The notes beneath the pieces were generated by a model. That model did not search any database, had not been told where the DNA came from, and was given only the letters and a program-made list of their open reading frames with translations. From Candidatus Saccharimonadales bacterium (GTDB lineage Bacteria > Patescibacteriota > Saccharimonadia > Saccharimonadales > JBBQAJ01), in NCBI GenBank assembly GCA_038316195.1, contig JBBQAJ010000002.1, forward strand, positions 86,773 to 150,772: a stretch of 64,000 nucleotides of DNA, given 5' to 3'. Numbering within the stretch: position 1 is the stretch's first letter; each line of letters opens with the position of its first letter. Positions 19,619-28,344 of the stretch are shown one piece after another. Both the position numbers and the translations under genes were made by a program.

Positions 19619-21301
19619 TTAATGACCAAAAAAACCTCGTCCTATTTTGTCTGGAACAAGCATTAGACTCACTCCTGCGTCCGTTAAAGCAGGGATAACA
19701 ATTTTATCATTTATTGATCCACTAGAGGTCAAAATAGCTTTTACGCCAGCATCTGCCAATATCATTGGACCGTCTGGAAATGGGAAAAAGCTATCACTAT
19801 AAGCAACAGAACCGTCCAGTTTTGTTTTACTTAATTTTATTTTCATCAATATGTTTCCATTTGTATTTTCCATTTCTGGTAGTTCGATCGTTGTACGTTG
19901 CAGAGCTAGTTGTGCAGCTCCAATACGGTCTTGTTGCCCAACGCCGTTGCCAATTACCATGCCGTTTTTAGCAAGAGTTATAGTGTTGCTATTACTCGTA
20001 GCCCCAACTCCCCAAGCTAAAATAAAATCTTTTTTTTGCTGATCACTAATTTTGCCGAAGGTATCCATGTAATCAGCAGACAAATTCATGATAAATGTAT
20101 AATTGTCCTGTTCAACAACTCCTCCACGAACGTAACGAAATCTTCTGCGTGAATCTAGGGAATTTTTGGTTAAATTTGCTAATGCAGGGTTTGTGACCAC
20201 TCGCATTTTTTTACGACTAAGCATTTCTAACGCTTCTTTAGTTACATCTGAACCAACAACCCCATCTAAAGTTCGTTTGTAGTTGTGGTCCATAAGATAA
20301 TTCATGAGAGCTTCAGCTACATCAGCATCAATAATGCCATTAGTCATCACTACGCCACCAAAAATAGCACGTGTATCACCTTCGAGCATTTTACGTACTG
20401 CTTCGGCATGGGTTTTTGCCACCCCTGCTCCACAAACATTGCCGTGTTTTACCCCGGCTGCAAGTGGAGGCACTTCTCCAAAGTTTAAATCAAAACCAGC
20501 GGCTATGTGCGTAGTAGTTTGGACCAGTCTATCGATGTCAGTTTCATTTATATAGCTTTTTTCCCAACCTTTGACATGCTTGAACTGATCAATACCAAGT
20601 GGGTCTATGTCTACGCGGTTGTCGGCATATACACCAGCAGTTGTATGTTGGGGACTTTCACCATATTTTGTTCGTGAGTGCAGTCTTGCTATATGTCCAC
20701 TAACCCCAGTTTCGTCTAGGTTTTTGGCAATTTGCATGTAATAACGGGTAGTTTCATAAAATGCTATTGCAGCGAGTTTTTGTTTAAATTCTTCTTCATC
20801 TGGTTTACCATCACGGAGCCAATTGAGTATTTCTGGACGTTGATCGGCTCTTGAAAGTACAATTCGACCCGATTTGGCTGCACCATTAAGCATGGTTGGA
20901 CCACCAATGTCTATTTTTTCTATTATACTTGCCTGCGTTGCTTTGGGGTCTGCGATTTCTTCTTCTAGTGGATATAAATCTACACATACAAGACCAAATA
21001 AAGGTATTTCTTTGTCTTCTAGGTCTTTTAAATGTTCTGGCTTGGATGTATTTGCCAGAATTCCACCATGTACTTTGGGGTGGAGCGTTACGACTCGGTG
21101 GTCTAGCATTGCACCCCAACCAGTAAGGTCAGCTAAGTCGTGGACTGGAATTTTTGCATCATTTAATTGCTTGTACGTGCCTGTAGTGGAAAATAAGGTC
21201 CATCCCAAGTCAATCAATCCTTTAGCAAATTCTTCTATATCGGTTTTGTCGTAAACTGATATCAATGCATTTTGCACACCAAAAACCTGAGCCACTAGCA
21301 C
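19619..21301 (-). CDS. purH: bifunctional AICAR transformylase / IMP cyclohydrolase
   Basis: N-terminal MGS-like domain (ALISVYDK, STTGT) and C-terminal AICARFT domain (VKHGNVCG, VVTNGIID). Only GTG starts are available. The GTG at 21295 has the best spacing to a GGGGGA SD-like run. Confidence 0.93.
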   Translation of the reverse strand: MLVAQVFGVQNALISVYDKTDIEEFAKGLIDLGWTLFSTTGTYKQLNDAKIPVHDLADLTGWGAMLDHRVVTLHPKVHGGILANTSKPEHLKDLEDKEIPLFGLVCVDLYPLEEEIADPKATQASIIEKIDIGGPTMLNGAAKSGRIVLSRADQRPEILNWLRDGKPDEEEFKQKLAAIAFYETTRYYMQIAKNLDETGVSGHIARLHSRTKYGESPQHTTAGVYADNRVDIDPLGIDQFKHVKGWEKSYINETDIDRLVQTTTHIAAGFDLNFGEVPPLAAGVKHGNVCGAGVAKTHAEAVRKMLEGDTRAIFGGVVMTNGIIDADVAEALMNYLMDHNYKRTLDGVVGSDVTKEALEMLSRKKMRVVTNPALANLTKNSLDSRRRFRYVRGGVVEQDNYTFIMNLSADYMDTFGKISDQQKKDFILAWGVGATSNSNTITLAKNGMVIGNGVGQQDRIGAAQLALQRTTIELPEMENTNGNILMKIKLSKTKLDGSVAYSDSFFPFPDGPMILADAGVKAILTSSGSINDKIVIPALTDAGVSLMLVPDKIGRGFFGH

Positions 21302-21356
21302 GTCCCCCTAGTTAATTTCTATTGTTATAGTAACTGTCGTAGTCTTTGCAAGCAAG

Positions 21357-22592
21357 CTAAATATCCCTAACACTACCAAATGGGACACGTTTTATGATGG
21401 TGTCTTGCATGTTGGCCATTTGGGCTGGTACCAGGGTATATTCCCCGTAGCGATTGTTTATTTTGTCGGAAGCATAAGCGAGCGAGCGAGTATCTAGGCG
21501 TGTGCCGTCAAACAGGCCTATCTGTACTGGCGTGGCCGGCATTACGTCAAAAACAGCGATGTTTATATGAATCAGCCGGGCCGATATTTCGACTTGACGG
21601 AATAATCTCATGATTGCTAGATATATGTCCTGGGTGGAATACAGTGGATTTTTGGATCGCCGACTCTTTCCCCACCAGGTGTGGTTTTCGAAACCCATAC
21701 CTAAGAATACTCCTTGGGCTTGATAGTCATGTTTACGAAGTCTTCTGCCCGTTTTTTCGCATAGTTTCATGAGTAGTCGCGAAATCTTTTCTGGGTCAGA
21801 GGTTTTGTCGCCCACAGCGTAATCGTTGCCGAAACTACGTGTTTTGAATTTTGCAGAATCTACTTCATAACCACGCAGGCGCAAATACCAATAGTAGCCT
21901 ACGATGCTTTTGAAAACTTCTTTTTTGAGTTTGGGCATAGTTGCTTCTAGAAAGTCCAGTGGTGTGAATATTTGAGCAATGTTTAGGCGAGCTTTGTAGC
22001 GATGATTGATACCTGGTAGATCCAGTAGATCCAACTGACCGTACAGGTTCCAGATGTCCTCGGCTCGTATTACATCTAAGCCATCTGGTTTGTCCATGCC
22101 AGCTGCGACTTTGGCTAGGAAGCGATTGGGGGCTATGCCGATGTTTACCGTCACGTATTCGCCCAGAGAAGCCTTTATATCCCTTTTCATCTGGTAGCCT
22201 ACGCCCACTAGGCTTTTGCCTTTTCGCAAAGCGCTACTGCCTTTGAAGTCGACCACAAATTCATCTACAGACTTTGGGGTGACCTCATTAGTGTATTTTT
22301 CTAGGACTGTTCTGAATCGCCGGTGAGCATCAAAGTATTTTTCTGGATCTGGCGTCAGGATGACGATATCGGGGCAGATTTCTCTCGCGTCTCGTATGCG
22401 CATGAGTGTAACGCCCTTCCTTTTCGCCTCATAGGACGAAGCAATTATAAATCCCCCAGGCGAATCATAAGCCGCTACCCCAACTGGTTTATGGCGTATG
22501 AGTGGGTTGGCTTGCTGTTCAATAATTGCATAGCAACTATTGAGGTCTATATGCATCGTTATTGGCTCGTTGTCGTTAAGAGCTAAGTCCAT
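21357..22592 (-). CDS. Y-family (UmuC/DinB-like) translesion DNA polymerase
   Basis: MHIDLNSCYAIIEQQANP resembles UmuC DVNSFYASCE, and KSVDEFVVDF supplies the catalytic Asp-Glu. GGAGG SD lies 9 nt before the ATG at 22592. 411 aa. Confidence 0.85.
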   Translation of the reverse strand: MDLALNDNEPITMHIDLNSCYAIIEQQANPLIRHKPVGVAAYDSPGGFIIASSYEAKRKGVTLMRIRDAREICPDIVILTPDPEKYFDAHRRFRTVLEKYTNEVTPKSVDEFVVDFKGSSALRKGKSLVGVGYQMKRDIKASLGEYVTVNIGIAPNRFLAKVAAGMDKPDGLDVIRAEDIWNLYGQLDLLDLPGINHRYKARLNIAQIFTPLDFLEATMPKLKKEVFKSIVGYYWYLRLRGYEVDSAKFKTRSFGNDYAVGDKTSDPEKISRLLMKLCEKTGRRLRKHDYQAQGVFLGMGFENHTWWGKSRRSKNPLYSTQDIYLAIMRLFRQVEISARLIHINIAVFDVMPATPVQIGLFDGTRLDTRSLAYASDKINNRYGEYTLVPAQMANMQDTIIKRVPFGSVRDI

Positions 22593-22842
22593 CGTGTACG
22601 GCCTCCAGGGTCCAGTGCAGGTTGCTACTGTCTAGGCGCAGGCGGAAATGTATTGAACTGTCGCGGTCCAACAGCTCGAAAATGTGCTGTTTATCGCGAC
22701 CCTCCATGTAGTTGTGGTAGTAGCTGACCTTGCCCAGGGCATAGTCTTTGTTTTGCCAGTTGAGTAGATGTGGTACGGCCAGTTTTTGTTTGGCAGAATA
22801 ATACATTACAACTGATATTTCTTCTCCTATTTTTTCTCTCAT
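22576..22842 (-). CDS. small uncharacterised protein A (88 aa), coupled to the Y-family polymerase
   Basis: TAGGAG SD upstream of the ATG. Its 3' end overlaps the polymerase start by 17 nt and contains that gene's GGAGG SD. Weak but consistent similarity to the ORF at 23525..23776. Confidence 0.55.
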   Translation of the reverse strand: MREKIGEEISVVMYYSAKQKLAVPHLLNWQNKDYALGKVSYYHNYMEGRDKQHIFELLDRDSSIHFRLRLDSSNLHWTLEAVHDGLSS

Positions 22843-22868
22843 TTTGATTCTCCTAGTACAATTAAATT

Positions 22869-23528
22869 ATGTGTGGACGATATACGCTTAGTGTGAAGGC
22901 TGGTGTTGTGGCCAAACGGTTTGGTTTGGCTGTCAAGCCTGATGATGTGAGAGCTAATTACAACGTGGCGCCATCCCAGGTCATGCCAGTTATTTTGGAA
23001 AGCTCTGATGGTAAACGATATTTGAATCAGATGCACTGGGGTATTCCACGGATGCTGGGTAAAGATTTGGTTAAAGAGCTCATAAACACTCGGGCTGATA
23101 AAGCTTTTGGTGGCTTCTGGAAGCGAACGGTGCTTGGTAGACGTTGCTTGGTCCCTGCTACCGGTTTTTATGAGTGGCAGGCTGGTAAAGATGGCAAAAC
23201 GCCATTTTTTATTCACCCCAAAGATACAGAGATATTCGCCTTTGCTGGTATTTGGGATGTCTGGAAAGGCCTTGATGGTCAAGAAATGCAAAGTTATTCC
23301 ATAATGACCACAGAACCCAATCAAGAAATGAAAACTATCCATACGCGCATGCCAGTGATTTTACGTCCCGAGGACGAAGAAAGGTGGATAGACCCTTCAA
23401 ATAACACGTCTGAAGGTTTGGAAAGTTTGTTATTCCCTTCAGCAGACAATAGCTTGGAAATGTACGAAGTAAGTCGAGATGTCAACTCACCTAAAACGAA
23501 CGATGAACACCTACTACTACCTGTCTAA
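22869..23528 (+). CDS. SOS-response-associated peptidase (SRAP; YedK/HMCES family)
   Basis: Starts MCGRYTL (catalytic Cys2). Also WGIPR and HTRMPVIL motifs. 219 aa. Confidence 0.9.
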   Translation: MCGRYTLSVKAGVVAKRFGLAVKPDDVRANYNVAPSQVMPVILESSDGKRYLNQMHWGIPRMLGKDLVKELINTRADKAFGGFWKRTVLGRRCLVPATGFYEWQAGKDGKTPFFIHPKDTEIFAFAGIWDVWKGLDGQEMQSYSIMTTEPNQEMKTIHTRMPVILRPEDEERWIDPSNNTSEGLESLLFPSADNSLEMYEVSRDVNSPKTNDEHLLLPV

Positions 23529-23776
23529 AGGGTTCTACTGCTAAGTAATTTCCAGGTGCGGTTACCTGGCTCGAAGCTGAGTCGGTAGAGTTTCTGGCCA
23601 TCGCTCATGTTAAATATTTGTATGAATTCCTGACCTTTTTGTACCAAACAGCGTAGTCCGGTTTCGAGAAAACTGAGACTTTCACCCTCCATCTCGATTT
23701 GCCGTGGAAACACCCGACTATTCCTGAAATAGAACGAAGTGACACTAACTTCCTGATTTAAATAAGACATATACAA
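23525..23776 (-). CDS. small uncharacterised protein B (about 81 aa), paralog of protein A
   Basis: CTAGGAG SD, then ATG at 23770 (the track start at 23776 is TTG). Shares E-[IV]-S-V-x2-[FY]-Y, I-F and [FY]-R-L-x-h-[DE]-x2-N-x2-W-x-L blocks with protein A. Confidence 0.5.
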   Translation of the reverse strand: MYMSYLNQEVSVTSFYFRNSRVFPRQIEMEGESLSFLETGLRCLVQKGQEFIQIFNMSDGQKLYRLSFEPGNRTWKLLSSRTL

Positions 23777-24089
23777 CTCCTAGATTTAGATATAAATTAA
23801 GAATCAACTAGAGTCTAAAAACTCAGTTGGAACGGGTTAGGAATAGTGACCTGCTAAGCTCGGTAAACCGTTCATTACGGTGCCATTACAGGAAACCAAA
23901 AGTTGTATATAGGATAAGCAGTGACCGAGGTATGCCATCCAAGTAGTTAATAAAGTCTGGGGGTGGAAGTCTAGCTAGCTGCCAAAAGTACCCACACGAC
24001 TATCTGAAGTATACCCCACTTTAACTATTACCATGCAAGCCCTTGTGATAAAAACCACAACTTCAAAACAAAACTCTGAATTAGGGAGC

Positions 24090-24491
24090 CTAAATTAATT
24101 GGTCTAAGTACGTTACTAGTTCTTTGGGAGTAACTTCGGCTTTTACTAGGTAACCATCAGCTTGAGATTCGATCGCAGTCCGAAGTTGTTCATCCATTTC
24201 CAAATTTGTAGTTACGATAATTTTCCCATCAAAATTTGGCGTTTTTTGACTATCGCGTAATATTTTTAGAATTTCTGTCCCATTTAAGTTAGGGAGCATA
24301 ATGTCTAACAGCACAACGTCAAAATCATTTGTTTGAGCTGCATTCAGTGCTTTCAGTCCATCATCAGCAACTTGTACGCTATAACCTGCTTTGGTAAGTG
24401 ACTGGACGTATAGTTCACTTATAAATTGCTCATCTTCAACAATAAGTACTTTTTTACCTACTGTTTTAGAGCTTATGTCTTGTGGGTTCAT
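24090..24491 (-). CDS. stand-alone response regulator receiver (CheY-like)
   Basis: VLIVEDE, VVLLDIMLP (phospho-Asp), IVTTN and YLVKAE. No output domain. 133 aa. Confidence 0.85.
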   Translation of the reverse strand: MNPQDISSKTVGKKVLIVEDEQFISELYVQSLTKAGYSVQVADDGLKALNAAQTNDFDVVLLDIMLPNLNGTEILKILRDSQKTPNFDGKIIVTTNLEMDEQLRTAIESQADGYLVKAEVTPKELVTYLDQLI

Positions 24492-24537
24492 GAGCCTATT
24501 GTATCAGCAAAAATGTTTCGACTAAATAATTCCAAAA

Positions 24538-25830
24538 TTATGGTTTATAGCTTACATTCGTGGATAAGCCTGTCATTGTAATCCATGTCTGTCCAGGATT
24601 AAGCTTTATTGGGGCACCACTAGCATCTCCAAAGATGATTTGATCTTTGTCGCTTGCTTTTGACCAAGTACCATCTACAACATCACCATCTTGGAATATG
24701 TATGCTTTGCCACTTCCAATAGTTTGATAGCTGGTGTGAATCCCGTCTGGATCGATTCCTTGAGATATTACCACTGCGATAACAACTTTAGGAGCTATTT
24801 GAATTCCTGAACGTTCGTCTTTGTGTGGTAAGCCACCTAAAGTTCTGGGATAGTTGTTAGTGGCAGAGTCGTAATCAAAATGCACATCATAAAGTGGGCT
24901 AGATATTTTGATGTCAATTGCTTTTGCAATTGCCGGAACTAGTGGCTTTTCTGCTTTTCTTGGGAAACTCGTAAATACACTTTCACCATATCCTCTGGAC
25001 TTTTCAGCTTCTAAAAGACTTGCCATGGACGTATATAAATTATGTGGGGCATATCTGCTACTAATTCTTTGAAAACTATTCCCATTTGCTCCATGGTCTA
25101 AGTCTTTTATGCCGTCACTTTGAATTTTGGCAAGTGCTACAGGGCTTCCACCTGCATGAGCGACAGCGGCATCGAAGGCATGCAGCCATGAAAGAAAATA
25201 AGGTCTAACGGATCGGACTGGACCAATATAATCTGGCTGGGCTTCTTGAAATAGTGTCAAAAATCTTGTTATTCCACCTTCAGCTATAGCCTCAAATACT
25301 ACACCGGCATCTTTTAATCCAGATTGTGGTCGAGCGTCAGGACTATTTTCTATCATTATGGCTGTGACTGGTAGCTTGTTAAGATTAAATGGAACTTCAA
25401 CACCAGTTAGTTTGGAAGGTTCGGTAGTCGCTGGAGGTTTGGCTGGTACTTCTACTTTTTTCTGTACTACTTTAGGGGGAGCCTTAAAAGTGATTTTTTT
25501 ATATAATTTGTAACCACCAAATCCAAGTAGGCTTAGTATTATAATAGCCAGTAACACGATAAGTGCTTTTTGTTTTTTACTACAATTTTTCCACCATAAT
25601 TTCATATCTTTTAGGGAATTCTTGATCTTGGATTGTTTCTTTTGCTCGAGTTTATTCACTTGTTTGCTTGAGTCTTGCGAGTCTGAACCAGGCTCATCTG
25701 CCATGTCAATTACTTCATTATTTTCTGCGATTTGTTCGGGAGGAACAAAATCCGGCTCGCTATTTTCTGATTGGATGTCATCGTCATCAGTCAATTTACC
25801 TCTTTGAGGCACTTTTATATCATCAACCAT
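24538..25830 (-). CDS. membrane-anchored DUF3048 (YerB-like) protein
   Basis: Acidic N-terminus, one TM, then IENSPDARPQSGLKDAGVVFEAIAEGGITRF, typical of DUF3048. Confidence 0.7.
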   Translation of the reverse strand: MVDDIKVPQRGKLTDDDDIQSENSEPDFVPPEQIAENNEVIDMADEPGSDSQDSSKQVNKLEQKKQSKIKNSLKDMKLWWKNCSKKQKALIVLLAIIILSLLGFGGYKLYKKITFKAPPKVVQKKVEVPAKPPATTEPSKLTGVEVPFNLNKLPVTAIMIENSPDARPQSGLKDAGVVFEAIAEGGITRFLTLFQEAQPDYIGPVRSVRPYFLSWLHAFDAAVAHAGGSPVALAKIQSDGIKDLDHGANGNSFQRISSRYAPHNLYTSMASLLEAEKSRGYGESVFTSFPRKAEKPLVPAIAKAIDIKISSPLYDVHFDYDSATNNYPRTLGGLPHKDERSGIQIAPKVVIAVVISQGIDPDGIHTSYQTIGSGKAYIFQDGDVVDGTWSKASDKDQIIFGDASGAPIKLNPGQTWITMTGLSTNVSYKP

Positions 25831-25854
25831 AAGCTATATTGTATCAGACGCAAA

Positions 25855-27285
25855 CTATATATTTTCAATCTGATTATTTATTCGTTCAATACTTACTTTT
25901 TTTCCTAATAATTCCAGTGATTCTGCTAATCCTGGACTTGCTGGTGCTTGGGTTGTGGCTATTCTAATCAGGCTAAATAGTATTGCCGGCTTTTGGTTGG
26001 TTGTTTCAAGTAAATTATTCAGACTATTAGTTAAGTCTGCATATGTGAAATCACTTTGCTCTAAAGTTGCTTTAGATGTTTCGAGTAGTGATATAATTTC
26101 TGACTTATCAAGCTTTTTCAGATATTTATTTTCACTAATTAATTTTGGATTAATAGGTAATTCAGTAAAGAAAAACTCAGTAAGTTCTGGCAGTTCTTTG
26201 AAAAATTTTAATCGTTCTTTGGTAAGACTCAACACCTTTTCTTTGTAGTCTTCGTTCGCTTTATCGGCAGTCTTTGGCCAATATTTTACAACTTTATTTG
26301 AAAGTTCTTTTAGCCCCATATTTCGTATATGTATTCCATTGATCCACAGCAATCTTTTTTCATCGAAATGCGCTCCACTTCTTCCAACTCTACTCAAACT
26401 AAATTTTTGAATTAATTCTTGAATGGAAAATATTTCTTGTTCAGTTCCATCATTCCAGCCAAGGGTAGCAATGAAATTTATAAGTGCTTCTGGTAAGAAG
26501 CCATCATTTGTGTAATCTAGTACATCTTTGGCGCCGTCGCGTTTGCTTAGTTTTTTGTTCCCTGATTCATTTAAAATATGAGGCATGGTCGCGAGTATTG
26601 GCCTGTCTAACCCCAATGCCTCGTACATATTAAGATAATTCGGGGTACTTGCAATAAATTCTTGTCCTCTGATGACGTGTGTTATTTTCATTTCAGCGTC
26701 ATCAACTATGTGAGCAAAGTTATATGTTGGGAACCCGTCTGATTTAATTAACACAAAATCATCTATGACTTCTGTTCCTGTAGACAAGGTGCCCATTACA
26801 GCGTCGGTCCATATATATGGTTTTGGATCAGATTTGAAACGCAATGGTTTGGTACCATCCCATTTTGGGAGTTTTTCGGGGCGATGATTTCTATATAAAA
26901 ATGGAATTTTCTGTTTTTGAGCAAGTTCTCTAAACTTTTGTACTTCTTCAGACGTGTAAGGGTCTGCGTACGCGCGTCCACTATCAATTAATTTTTGGGC
27001 CCAAATTTTATATAAATCTAAACGATCACTTTGACGATATGGTCCAAAATTTCCAGATTTATCGGGACCTTCATCGTAGTCAAGTCCAAGAACTTTTAGA
27101 CATTCTATAATATGCGAATCGGCACCGTAAACTTCACGAGACTGATCGGTATCTTCTAGTCGCAAAATAAATTGCCCTTGATTTTGGCGAGCAACTAACC
27201 AAGCATATAATGCTGTTCGAATTCCCCCTACATGCAAAAGACCGGTAGGGCTTGGCGCAAATCTTGTGCGAACATCTTTCGTCAT
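25855..27285 (-). CDS. gltX: glutamate-tRNA ligase
   Basis: RFAPSPTGLLHVGGIRTALY (HIGH region) and KLSKRDG (KMSKS); 476 aa. Confidence 0.95.
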   Translation of the reverse strand: MTKDVRTRFAPSPTGLLHVGGIRTALYAWLVARQNQGQFILRLEDTDQSREVYGADSHIIECLKVLGLDYDEGPDKSGNFGPYRQSDRLDLYKIWAQKLIDSGRAYADPYTSEEVQKFRELAQKQKIPFLYRNHRPEKLPKWDGTKPLRFKSDPKPYIWTDAVMGTLSTGTEVIDDFVLIKSDGFPTYNFAHIVDDAEMKITHVIRGQEFIASTPNYLNMYEALGLDRPILATMPHILNESGNKKLSKRDGAKDVLDYTNDGFLPEALINFIATLGWNDGTEQEIFSIQELIQKFSLSRVGRSGAHFDEKRLLWINGIHIRNMGLKELSNKVVKYWPKTADKANEDYKEKVLSLTKERLKFFKELPELTEFFFTELPINPKLISENKYLKKLDKSEIISLLETSKATLEQSDFTYADLTNSLNNLLETTNQKPAILFSLIRIATTQAPASPGLAESLELLGKKVSIERINNQIENI

Positions 27286-27324
27286 ATCTGTTATTGTATC
27301 AGACGTAATTAGCTAACAGCTAAA

Positions 27325-28344
27325 TTACAAACTGTTTGCGATGTTTAGTAGTTGATCACTATTTAACTTACTATTGCCTTCTATCCTGTACCATATCCCA
27401 CCATCTACCCACGTGGCATTACTACCTTCAAATAAATAGACTGTTTTGCCTTTTACGGGAATTGTTTGATAAGCAACATTGTTTTTTAATGGCTCGTAAT
27501 TTTCTGCAAGTGTTTCACTATTCCATGATGACGTTTTTTGAATAATTTTAAAGTTTCTGTTGTCGCTATTTGAATTATAGCCAAGTTCAATTTGGCCAGG
27601 AGAATAGGATATGCCACCTTTTAGCCCAAAACCAGCAGGTTGATAACTGGGTATTGATCCTTTAATTCCGGATCGTGATGATGCAATGCGCATTGAAATG
27701 TTAGACATATTTTGAGATGCAAAAAAACCACCGATAACTATTACTGCAATAACAAGAGAGCTAATGCTCAAAGTTTTTGGGGATATATGGAGTTTTTTAG
27801 CCATTCGTGTACTTGCATGCATTTTTTTAGGTTTTTGCTGCTTATGACTGTCTGCTTTAGCTAAACCCAAGGCCACTGGGTCAGACTTTACCGCGACTGC
27901 AACAGCAACTGCCTGTACCCTTGTTGATGCTTTTTTGTTTGTCTCAGAAGAAAATCTATCGATATTTGATGGCGCCATTTCACTAAAACGACGTACAAGC
28001 GAACTTTTCTTGATTGACTGAGCTTTTGATAATTTGATTGGAGAAACAACAGATGGTGATTTGTTAATACGTGATGTGTATTTTGGTTTTGCCATTTCAT
28101 TTTGAGGTTTTGATTGAGGTGGTTTAACGGTATTTCGCATTAAAGTTTTAGATTTTTCTGTTTGATGAGCCGGGACCATATTCCCAGATCTCAAAATAGG
28201 TTTTACTGCCCTTGCAAAACCATCTAGGCTGGCTTTTTTAATAGTCTCTACAGCAGTTTTGGATGGCTTGCCAGTGATCATTTTTCCAGTTATAGCATTA
28301 TATCGTTTACCGTTTAGTTCAATTATGTGTTCATTTGAACTCAT
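27325..28344 (-). CDS. single-pass membrane protein with a DUF4367-like extracytoplasmic C-terminal domain
   Basis: Basic, low-complexity N-terminal half and one TM (LVIAVIVIGGFFA). The C-terminal about 130 aa ends WVDGGIWYRIEGNSKLNSDQLLNIANSL, recalling DUF4367. Confidence 0.4.
   Translation of the reverse strand: MSSNEHIIELNGKRYNAITGKMITGKPSKTAVETIKKASLDGFARAVKPILRSGNMVPAHQTEKSKTLMRNTVKPPQSKPQNEMAKPKYTSRINKSPSVVSPIKLSKAQSIKKSSLVRRFSEMAPSNIDRFSSETNKKASTRVQAVAVAVAVKSDPVALGLAKADSHKQQKPKKMHASTRMAKKLHISPKTLSISSLVIAVIVIGGFFASQNMSNISMRIASSRSGIKGSIPSYQPAGFGLKGGISYSPGQIELGYNSNSDNRNFKIIQKTSSWNSETLAENYEPLKNNVAYQTIPVKGKTVYLFEGSNATWVDGGIWYRIEGNSKLNSDQLLNIANSL

Noticed and set aside
20874-21254. 126-aa plus-strand ORF and overlapping 76-77 aa ORFs within purH
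   Set aside because: Antisense or alternative frames of a well-supported purH, with no independent start signals or motifs.
12233-21356. Purine, ZTP (pfl) or THF riboswitches upstream of the pur/folD genes
   Set aside because: The available upstream spacers are too short (46-64 bp) for these aptamers. None contains the conserved CCGCCUGGGC-type ZTP 3' element or the purine-riboswitch loop sequences.
22839-23342. 167-aa ORF on the minus strand between small ORF A and small ORF B
   Set aside because: It lies entirely antisense to the SRAP gene, which has an unmistakable MCGRY start and family motifs. The ORF itself has no motifs, is probably a by-product of the locally higher GC, and lacks a ribosome-binding site.
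23777-24089. Possibility that the 313-bp gap encodes RNase P RNA, tmRNA, SRP RNA or a tRNA
   Set aside because: I could not find the GAGGAAAGUCC-type P4 element, a tRNA-like 3' end with GGUUCGA.UCC plus CCA, or the SRP GGAA/AGCA domain-IV motif on either strand. The region is kept only as an unexplained feature.
27893-27916. GCN/GTN dinucleotide-codon microrepeat encoding AVAVAVAV
   Set aside because: A short in-frame low-complexity stretch within a basic, disordered region of the 27325..28344 protein. It is not a tandem-repeat locus of regulatory size.
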